In this document: positions 11,862-22,800 of the stretch, piece by piece
Layout of the letters: each line of letters opens with the position of its first letter
Position numbering within the stretch: the first letter of the stretch is position 1
Assembly: GCF_000002075.1 (NCBI RefSeq)
Contig: NW_004797628.1
Span: 401,682 to 465,681, forward strand
Source of the DNA: Aplysia californica
Lineage: Eukaryota
DNA: 64,000 nucleotides
Reading direction: 5' to 3'
Made by a program: the position numbers and the translations under genes
The notes under the pieces: model-generated
The model's database searches: none
What the model was told of the DNA's origin: nothing
The model's input: the letters and a program-made list of their open reading frames with translations, nothing else

Positions 11862-12720
11862 AGTCAAACCTGTGTAAGACGGCCACCCATTGTCAAGGAG
11901 GAAAGGGGCCGTATAAGACAGGTGGCCGTCTTAGGCAGGACTGATCAAGATGAAGAAAACAAACCATTCCCATCTGAGGTCCCAATTGAAAGTAGCCGCA
12001 TTGTTTTTGTTTTTGTTGTTGTTGTTGAGTAATTGGTTTGTATTTTGTTTATAATTTTTATTTTTTTGCTGATTTTGCACAAGGTTGACAATGAAACGAA
12101 ATGTATTAGACGAGGATGACCGAGTGCCATGTTAAAACAAACACATGCATGGGTCGCTACCACTCGACCCTGAGAACGAGCGATGCTTCTGTCACAAGTT
12201 CGTGTTGACGTCCGATGATGGAATTCAGATTAATTAATAATGCGTTAATAAATTTTAGCTTGCAAAAGGTTTTTTTTTTAATCATGAGAGCAACAGCCTA
12301 GAGAAGTAAAACAGACAATATCTATCTGTTCCTCTTGGTACTGTAACAGTATTCATGTATGCAGGTGAGCGACAACGTCCACATTAGATTAGCCTACGTA
12401 GTACGAATGGACAGTGAACGCGAGTATCCATTTTGATAGCCATGACTTTTGTATTACGGGTTCCACCGTCCGCATTAAGTGTTCCAGGGCTGTCAGTATT
12501 GATGACACAAGCGAGACTGTCTCTTTCGAAGAAATTATTTTACGATTTTCATGACCAAAAATATGCTATGGACTAGGTTTGTCTCTGCCTTCATTTTCTA
12601 TTTCTTGTGAAAGACACAAATACATGATTGATTATGCTACATTAGAATCAAAATGTCTGCGAGGCTTCAGGAAAATTAATATCCAAGTTTCTTTCTACGA
12701 ACACTGTCGAACATACACCA

Positions 12721-12721
<1 letters not shown>

Positions 12722-12772
<51 letters not shown>

Positions 12773-13380
12773 NNNNNNNNNNNNNNNNNNNNNNNNNNNN
12801 NNNNNNNNNNNNNNNNNNNNNNNNNNNNNNNNNNNNNNNNNNNNNNNNNNNNNNNNNNNNNNNNNNNNNNNNNNNNNNNNNNNNNNNNNNNNNNNNNNNN
12901 NNNNNNNNNNNNNNNNNNNNNNNNNNNNNNNNNNNNNNNNNNNNNNNNNNNNNNNNNNNNNNNNNNNNNNNNNNNNNNNNNNNNNNNNNNNNNNNNNNNN
13001 NNNNNNNNNNNNNNNNNNNNNNNNNNNNNNNNNNNNNNNNNNNNNNNNNNNNNNNNNNNNNNNNNNNNNNNNNNNNNNNNNNNNNNNNNNNNNNNNNNNN
13101 NNNNNNNNNNNNNNNNNNNNNNNNNNNNNNNNNNNNNNNNNNNNNNNNNNNNNNNNNNNNNNNNNNNNNNNNNNNNNNNNNNNNNNNNNNNNNNNNNNNN
13201 NNNNNNNNNNNNNNNNNNNNNNNNNNNNNNNNNNNNNNNNNNNNNNNNNNNNNNNNNNNNNNNNNNNNNNNNNNNNNNNNNNNNNNNNNNTTCTTCTTCT
13301 TCTTCTTCTTCTTCTTCTTCTTCTTCTTCTTCTTCTTCTTCTTCTTCTTCTTCTTCTTCTTCTTCTTCTTCTTCTTCTTC
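12722..13380. repeat. (CA)n and (TTC)n microsatellites flanking gap 12773-13290
   Basis: Directly visible. Confidence 0.95.
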
Positions 13381-13629
13381 AGGAAAAAAAAAGAGAACAA
13401 GGAAATCATGCCCTCGTCTAGGCTAAAGTATGCTAGCCTACAAATAATATTAGGCTAACCGAGACGATCAGTATTCTGTGCCGCGGGGGGAAGCGTGAAC
13501 TTTATCTGCTAAGGTCAAGTTGCCATAGGTATCCAGCCACCACTGGCCTATTAGTGAATGAAGTTCATTATAATAATTAATGTATGTTAATGAGATTATA
13601 ATGATATTTTTAGGAAGTGAATGAACATT

Positions 13630-13724
13630 TTTATGTGCGTGGGTGGAATGACCCCGTTCTGTGTGGTCAATGGCATTTTTCAACCAATCACAAGCTTGCG
13701 CTCTATTCGCTGTAGAATGATAAA
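13630..13724 (+). promoter_or_regulatory. Candidate RASA1 proximal promoter / 5' UTR with CCAAT box
   Basis: AACCAATCA at 13682-13690, ~40 nt upstream of ATG 13725 (aaaATGG context), in a CpG-retaining region. Confidence 0.5.
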
Positions 13725-13843
13725 ATGGCTGCTGACGGGCCAAATGCAGACAGCGAAGATCTTGAATTTGACCCACGATCGGGTGATCTAGAATGTACAG
13801 AAGAGCATATCGAAAGTGAACTGAAAGCACCAGACGAAGAACT
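13725..13843 (+). CDS. RASA1: RASA1 exon 1 (acidic leader MAADGPNADSEDLEF...ELKAPDEEL)
   Basis: Good ATG context, donor CT|GTAAGT in phase 2 matching exon 2; LKAPDEEL|WYHG parallels vertebrate LTAPPTNQWYHG. Confidence 0.88.
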
Positions 13844-16800
13844 GTAAGTTACTTTTAAAAGAGTGTGGTGTTATGTCAGCACTTTCTGATATCACGCCTG
13901 ATGCGTTGTAGTCGTAAGGCCCTTGGCCTGTTCTCTCTCTTGCCACTGATTTTGCTCTCTTCGGTTCTGTTTGTGGAAACTACGTTACTTGGATTCGACA
14001 CCCAACCCGCGAAGTTCACTTTAATTTAATAAATCTGCATGATCTCATTTTTCCCAGCCGCAGATAATCGGCAGACTGTTTGGTTCATCATGATTGTGTA
14101 CAATGCCCATGCTAATATTTTGATTAAAAATACATGGCTGCTTGACTGTTTGTTTTTCCGATAAACAAGACTTTCGACGGCGAAGCCGATGACGATGTGT
14201 CGGAAAGTTTTCCCCCTCCGTCGCTCCAGGAACAGGTGGTTAATATTGTAGAATTATAAGTCTGAGGCAAAGTAAGATGATACGTTTGTATTGATCTCGG
14301 ATTTGGTTTGCTGCAGCCAGAGGCCAGCTGTAGACTGTAGATTAGTTCTAGATATCTAATATCTAGATCTAGATTTATATTCTAATCTAGATCTAGAATC
14401 TGGATTATTGATCTAGATATATAGGCCTAGATCTAGATCTAGTCTAGATCTAGATCTAGCTAGCTGTTTAAATTATTTTGATTTGGGTGATATTGTAGTT
14501 CCGTTCGTTAAAGTCCATCATCCATTTGTTTACATCCAGAGAAGAACTCCGGGAGTCTTGATGACCAAATAGGCAACACAAAGAACAGGGATGCAACCTA
14601 ACTGCAAAGGCCGTCGTTATTCGGACTCGAGTCCGAATATGAAAAAATGTTATTCGGACTCGGGTCCCGAAAAAAGGCAGTGTCTTCGTTCTATAGATCT
14701 AACGTTCAGTGCTTCCAATTTTCCGCCATTTTTTAGTTTCCCCCACACCTTATCTGCCGATCCAATGCCCGCCGCCTCATTGATACGCCCCCCCCCCCCC
14801 CCCACTTTTCCCACTTTCTTTGTTGTAGAAAAAGGTAAAATTGAAGATTAGCAGACCACCTGGCACCTGCATATTATGAGCTGTGTAAAAAAAATAAAAG
14901 ACCGATTCGTTCAAATACACAAGCCTGTGTCATATCGATTGTTTACCAAGAAAAAGTTGTGTTGCTGTGTAGAGCTGAGCATACGGCAACTTTTGATTCC
15001 ATAGACCAGCACACAATTCATTACGTATTCATTACGTAGATCTACGTCGAGACTAGCTTATTATTGTAATAATGATCAGTTGCCGGGGGGGGGGGGGGGG
15101 GGGGGAGACTGACGCGTATGCGACGTTCAAAGCCCGGACCGATAGTGTCCCCCACCACCCTCCCCGACACGCACACAGCCACACGTGTGCAGGCCGCCCA
15201 TCTGACCCCGACACACGCTAACGAGCCATCTTTAATTGCTTCTGATGACCTCTTGACAAATAAACATTTATTAGAAGCGCTATAACTTTTCAGGCCGGCC
15301 TCAAATTCATCATAAGATTAAAACTCGGCTCCTGCACAAAACGCCTTTTTGCCCGAAGTGATCCCGTTCTCTACCCAGCCTGAGGCGAGTCACGAGTGAG
15401 GCAGGACAGGAAGCCGGATTCACGAGTCACAGGAAGTCGGAAGTGATGTCATGCTGGACAAGAATCAGAGTCCGAATAACATTTTTTCATATTCGGACTC
15501 GAGTCCGAATAATCACTTCGAACTGCAAAACATCAAACTATGGTAAAAGGCTGTCGTTCTTCTCAATATCCATTTTATTCTCACCCGGTCTGAGAATGCA
15601 ATGGATTTTTAGGTCTAGATTCTCTACCTGGGTGTTGAGAACGGATGATAGAAAATAATGTGAATTGTGAGAGAGTGACTGTTCGTCCCGATAAGGCTAG
15701 GTTTAGATCTTTCCTACCAGAAGATCAGCAGGGGTGTGGCTGAAAGACAGAAGTAAGAAGGAGCCAAGGAGTTGCAGTAGAAAGGCTGCAGATAGAGTCA
15801 GGAGACCAGAGGAGGGGGCAAAGGAGGTGAGGGGGTGGGGGCAGAAAGTGGAAATGAAAGCAGACAACAGAACATTGTTAGAAAGCAGAAAAGGATGTGA
15901 AAGGAGACAATTTTAGAGAAGAAAATTTTCTGTCGCCCTCTGGTTTCGAACCCACGACCTATTGAATGAGAGATGAACACCTTAACCTCTAGACGACGAG
16001 AGCCCCCATAGGTAGTCTATGACATTATGTTGTTGCATCTTCACTGCTACATCTTTCTCTTTCATCTTGGATTCTTGAGAATGGAAACTGTTCTTAACGT
16101 TTACTCCTCCTTCCATTGACCATTGGCTCTGGTCAACTGCCATTTGTCGTCAGGTTCTTAAGTTGGTCTCTCTTGAGGTCAGCTTCCTGTCCACTCACAT
16201 GTATTTTTTGTTGTGGTCAGCCTTTCTTCTTTCTTTCATTTTCTTGCTTTCTGCACAGATCCCAGTGTTGTATAAGAAGGGAAGATTCTTTGGACTTTGA
16301 CTTTTCTCATCATTCCGACATCTCTGCTCTGTGTTGGGTGTTCAAATGTTTTAAGGAGTGAAAGTACTACACCTTACACGACAGGCTGTATTAGATATAT
16401 TGGAGTTGTGTATATTCCTGTTTTAGGGTACTAGTCCAGTCAATTTAGATAACACAGTGGAACTTGCTGTAACATTCGCCTACCCAAGACAATCACCAGT
16501 ACAATGTACAAATGACAACTTCTCATTCCCCCCTTGTATTTTAAAAAATTTTAAAAATGACACAGTCCAAAATGTCCACCTGTCTAAAAATAAAATGTAT
16601 ACCTTCTTTCTGATCATGACAATCTTGTTCAATGTCTTTTTATAATGATTCTATCTCTACTTATTGTCTTTTTTACAGTTGGTATCATGGCAGGCTTGAC
16701 AGACAATCTGCGGAGGAATGCCTTCGCAACAGTGGTAAAGTAGGAAGCTACCTAATAAGAGAAAGCTACAGCAAACCTGGCTCCTTTGTACTGTCGTACT

Positions 16801-19800
16801 TAGGACCTTCAGGTCCACCAACGCATTTCAGGTAATTACAAGTGGGTGCTGTGCACAAACATTCCTGTTTTTTCAAGACTGCTGTCAACAAACCGAAGAA
16901 TAATTGAAACTTTCTGTCTTTATGTGTTACTTTAAGCTGTTGAAACTATGTTTTTTGGTTTGATACTGAAATGATTTTTGAAACTAGATTTTTTTAGTTT
17001 TAGTTTTTGTAAGGTTTTATGGCACTCACAACTGCATAAGGTCATATGAGCATCAAGGGGTGGATGTCAGCTGAGAAATCCAGATGGAGGAATCAAGCTT
17101 ACTCTGCTCACCTTTAGCCTCAACAGCACAAAGTCTGCTTCGACTATCAAAGCACCCGGGAAGTAGCAGTTCACAAGAAGTAGAGGAAAAATGGCGAAAG
17201 TAACAGTATGAGCATGACATTGATAAATCAGCCCATTAAAAATTCTGCTGTGCTTAAGAAGTCAATATCCCTCCTTTGGGAATGGTCTGAAGACAAGCTG
17301 GATTTGTGAAGACTGATGTGCTCCAAGTAACAGCCTTTTTAGGAAAAAATTGAGAGATAACCAGTCTGCATCATTTTCTCTATTCTGATCTGCTGAATCA
17401 AAGATATAATGTTGTTTTTTCTTTCTCATTGTTTTAATACCATTAGATTTGTTTTCTTTATAGTATCAGGCATATGGAATAAGAACTGTTTGCAAGTGTT
17501 GGTTTTTATTATGCTGCTTCTCATTTGCATTTGTTCCAGAATACTGGCAATGTGTGGGGACTATTATATTGGAGGACGACAGTTTGAGTCACTTTCTGAT
17601 CTTATTGGCTACTACACAGCTTGTTCATGTTTGTTCAAGAATGAGCAGTTGAAGTATCCAGTTCCTCCTGCAGAGGTAAGCTTCCTTTCGCATTTGGTTT
17701 AAAGATGCAGTCTATCAAAGTTAGGTGAAAAGGCAAAAAAATTGTGTCTCAATAAAAGATAATTCTTTCAGGTAGTAAGTTATATAATTATTTCTGCACA
17801 ACATAAAAGGATTTTAACAAGTTTGCCTCTCTCAATTAAAGTAATTTTGACAGTAGGTAGTGTAAACAGGGCCTCGCAGGCACTTGCGGCCTTCCGAGCG
17901 TGTGGTTTCGGTGAAATCGGGGTAATTCAGATCGCTGTTTCTTTGCTCTTTCGCTGTAAAACACAAAATGCTGTACACTTTGTAAAAGTTCAGCTTACTT
18001 TGTTACAATGGTGTAAGTTGTTTATATGTCCGATTATTAGGAGCTGGAGAATCGGCGTGGAAAGCGAAGCTCCTTATGGTCGGAATGCGTGGTCGGCCTG
18101 TTAAAAAATTGACACGCGTGCATTCAAATGCTTCGCAGAAAGATTGATGATTAAATACCGTCTTTTTATGGCGGAGAACTGCAGAGCTCTGAAAGGGCTT
18201 TCCTGTGGTATATTTTTGGCCTTTGGCGTTTAAATAGAAAGCCTTTAAAAATATCATCAAAGTTTTCAAAGATCAATTTTTATGTGAAATTTGTAAAATA
18301 CTGGCTCAAAAAAGGTACCTAAAGAAAGGTCAGTTCATTTTCTATTAGAATAAAGTAATCGGCTTGGAATTATTTTTCATCAATCCTTTCCAAGAAACTT
18401 GTAAAGCATGTGACTCCCCAGGAGGGAGCACTCGGTACACTACAGTATAGAGCCGACTCGCTCGCCAATGCGGCACCAACCGGGTCGAAATAAGGACAGA
18501 TCATTGCGCATGTTGAGACCATAAAATATTGATTTGTAATGATCTCACAGTCTTGAAAAAAATTAGACTCCATATCTATGCTATAGTGATTGTACTCTGT
18601 TAATGTGGAGATGTTTGGTGCACTTGGTACTCTTTTATTATCTGTCAAACATGGGGTTGCAGCCAGTTAGCGACTTAAGCAAATTTGATCATATGTAAAA
18701 CAACTGCCATTTTCTTAAAAATGCTTAAAAATGGACTGAGAGGTTTAAGAATGGTATCGGAATTCTTGGGAGATATAGGCGTTTCATATGATACAAATAA
18801 ATTTAGCATACAGCTACTTTGAAAATTTAGTTTGTGGTATCTATTGACTGCATGGTAAATATCACAAGTTTTAAAAATGTGCTGGAAATGAGGTTGAAAC
18901 ACTTCTATTATTTTGTATCTTGTTCCATACCAACATTTTCAGCATGATCTCCAGTGTACTTTTTGAAGAGTGCTCATGAAATAATGAAATATGAATTCAT
19001 ACGTTTTACAAGAGTGTGATTTTTTCAGCATCAGACAATAAAGTATTGAGTGTTGGTTCATACACTTTTGTTTTCAAAGCTTATTTAATAGAAACAGTGA
19101 AACTGTGTCAAGAAGTAAAGCTTCTCTTTTTTATATGCTATGCATGTCAATTTTCTTGCCCTCAGCATGTCGTAAAAGTCATGATATTCAGTATAGAATT
19201 TTCCTATTTCATTGTAGATTCCATAAATTATTATGTCTAATTAGACCATGTCATTGAACCAAAATTGTTTTAAATAGAAACAGTGCATTTTTAAAAATAT
19301 GTTTTTGTCAATTTTTTTATGCTCCATGAAAGATACACAAGATGTTCTGTTATCATGAAAAGCAACTTTGAATTAAAAAGTAAACTCATCTTTAAGTGCA
19401 AAAATTTATGTGAAATGATGTGTTCCTGGAAGCCTGCTCACATTTTATCATATTATTTCAGCCTGTGGATGACCGTCGCAGAGTTCTTGCAATGTTTTCC
19501 TACAGAAAGATGCCTGAAACAGATGAACTGAAGTAAGTTGATGAGTATTTTGCATGTAACGTACCATTGAACCTTATTTTGTTGATATTTTTATTCATTT
19601 CTTAAATGTTTGAGTACGTAGTTTTTGCCCATTGTCTTTGAGTACAGTTCAGATTTTGTACTTAGCATCGATATGACAAAAAAGAGGTCCAGACAACAAA
19701 TTTACAAAGCTGTTAAATTTTTGAATATTTTTTCAACAAGTAACTACTTGTGAGATGGCCTAAATTTTTGCACAGAGAGAATTAAGTCACCCTAAAACAA

Positions 19801-22800
19801 TGGCAATGTATTAGAGAATGTTAGTCCATCCTGACTTGAATTATGATTAGTGAGACATGAATGTCTGTCAAAGTGTCTTTGATTTATTCTAAGATTCTGA
19901 ACATTCAGTGTCAGGGCTTTTACAAATGTGTTTATGACATTGACTTGTTTAGATTTGTTCTGGTTGTTTTTTGGCACCCTAAAGGAAAATGGGGTTTGTC
20001 TTTTTCATTGCAGTTTTGACAAAGGTGACACCTTTATTGTTCACAATGAATTGGAAAATGAATGGTTATGGGTTTCAGCAGAGAGGACAAAAGAGAGTGG
20101 ACTTGTGCCTGCTCAGTTTGTGGAAGACTTGGTAAGGAATTGATCACATGATCACTCACATCCAATTTTTCATTTAGTGGGTGAATATCCTCTAGTACTG
20201 TAGTTTTAAGACAAGGGCCAGAGTTAAGCTCTGAATTGGTTCTTATTCAAATTTTGTGTGTACAGGTTTGACAATGATGGAAGTTTGTGCCCACCCAAAT
20301 TTCTCTTAATAAGATATAAATGGTGCTTTGAGGGATACTGCTGTAGCAAATGTATGGTACCGGTGTAGTGGACAGTCTCTTGCGATGTTTCTGTTCTACT
20401 TGGTCTTCCATGGGACGAGCTGAACGACTGGCTTAATAGTCTGCTTATGAACTACAATCCATTATAGGGGGTGGGGGGCTGGGGTGGGTACTGGTCTTGA
20501 TAAAGCTCATAAAATGACTTTAGGCACAAACTAGAGGGACATTCCTGCACAAGAAACCAGTTGATAGGGGGGCGTAAAACATATACCATTTTACTTTTTT
20601 TCGCGGAGGAAATCTTTGGTTTTCTCAACAAACGAAATCTTTAACTAAAACAAAAAACCGGAACCCAATTCTTGCCAGCTGTCCAGATTCAAGTAGTTGA
20701 AAATCACCAAGTCCCTTTTATGTTGAGTTCACAGCCTCTGGTGTAACATGTTCTATGAAACTGGGCTTGTTGCTCTTTGTTCAAACACTTCACTGTATTA
20801 ATATGATATAAATTTTAGACAGATTTTTACTCTAGACCTACGCTTTCTCTTTATTTCTAATTCAGAAATGTGATGGTGACCCTGTGGAAGCTCTCTCATA
20901 TTTTCATGGAAATATCACAAAAGAGGAGGCGGTTGAAAAGCTTATGAAAGGTAATGATTATCACTCCCACGTTTTTCTTTCCTTATTTTTATATATTAGT
21001 TGTGATTTCAAAGAAATGAGTCTTTTGTTTTGTTAATTTTTAGCAGTTCCTGTCTATTTATTCTGGTGTTTTGAAAAGATGATTTTTTGTGTTTTAAAAA
21101 TTACCCTGCTTGATTTTTTTTTAATTGTTAAAATGTTTCAGGACTAAGCAGATTTAATCTCATGTGCCATTAAAAAATTTCAATGAAGTAAATGGAGAGA
21201 AAACACAGTCATTTAGGCCTAACTACAGGTCAAAATAGAAAAAGAACAAGGATCTCTGCGACAATACATTTGGTACACGATTTGATGAATTTGTTGACCA
21301 AATGAGAAATCGTGACGAATCATGTCAAGGAGAAGGGGCTCTCTGGCAGTCTCAGCAGACCGAGAAGAGTTCTTGATGATGCCCCAATGGGGTTATTCTT
21401 ATTGTGATGTTTGTCATTGAATTATGAAGTATGTATTTCCTTGAACATTTTTGGGAAGCATTGAGGCACATATGCACATTTTCTTCTGTTCTTTTAATGC
21501 TCATGACTGCATCATGTAAGTGAGAATGGATAAATAGATTTGTCTTGATTTGTGTCTGCAGCTGGTGAGGGCAGCTACTTGATCAGACCCAGTGAAAACT
21601 CCCCTGGAGACTACTCTCTGTTTTTCTTGTGTGGGAAAGAGGTCAGGCGTTTCCGGATTGAAAAGAAAGGAAGATACTTGCACCTAGGTGGTCGTTACTT
21701 TGACAGGTATTTTGAAACCCAGTGTATTTTTTGCTTTAGTTTTGTCACAATTTCCTGTGAGGATTTTCTATTTCTTTTCTCTTTTTTTCTTTTTTGTTGT
21801 TGTTCTTACGAAGAGGAAGCTGAACTCAAAGCCTGTTTTCAGTTTCAGTACTTTTTATGCATAATTTTATTAATCTATTGGATATTCTGTAAAACCTTGA
21901 GAATAGAATCCATTTTTGTCAAGTTCCTTAATTAAGTTTTGGGATTTTGTAACCTATTCATAGGTTGTGACATGCTTATTTCATAATACATTATAATAAA
22001 TTCAAAGAACACAGTAAAACAAAGACCTTGAACGTTGAAATCTTGCACACAGGCCCATACAATGAATATCTGTAACATTAGTGAATAGGTTTTTTTGCTA
22101 AGCTACATAGGTTTCACATGAGAACATCATTTCCAAATCCATTATTCAACTGTATAAAATGTACTACATTTTGTGCATAGAAAATTTAAAAGTAAAGATA
22201 AAAAATGTATCAGTTGTCAAACCAAAAGCCTCTGTCATGAGAGAGGCAGTTATATCAACATTTATGTCTAAAAAGTTCATTGGTCATGGGTTAACTTTTT
22301 TCAAGATAGTGTTCTTTTTAAGGCATGTCATAACTATGGCATAGTAGACTTCATTTTATCGACGCGTTATTGGAATGGCACTCGACAATATTTTTTGCTA
22401 TGAATTTTTCTTTTTTTTTGTTCAACTTACTGAAATTTTATTTCGAACTTATGGGTTAAAAAGATAGACGCATGGTATTCTTACTTTGCAGTTTGGAAAG
22501 GCACTGACTGATATCTGTGGAGGAGAAAGGGGAATCATGCCATTTGCTGCAAATCTTGTTTTTGAAAAATGTAATTTAAAAAAAGAGTCCCAAAATGGAT
22601 TAGATGTTGCCCTTTTGGATGTATAAATGGAACCATTACAAGACACATTTTGGTGAACAAAATTCTCAAGGGGTGAGGCTATGGAGGGTTTATCCCATGG
22701 TTGAAAATTATTTTTCAATTTGTCCTGTTTCAGCTTGGATGACATCATCAAAAGGTACACATCTGAGGAAATTGTAGATGGGTCAAAGCTTGTGTCTGCT

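Noticed and set aside
7176-13421. Long ORFs spanning N-runs and microsatellites (7176-7665, 8691-9793, 12579-13421)
   Set aside because: Artefacts of gaps and simple repeats
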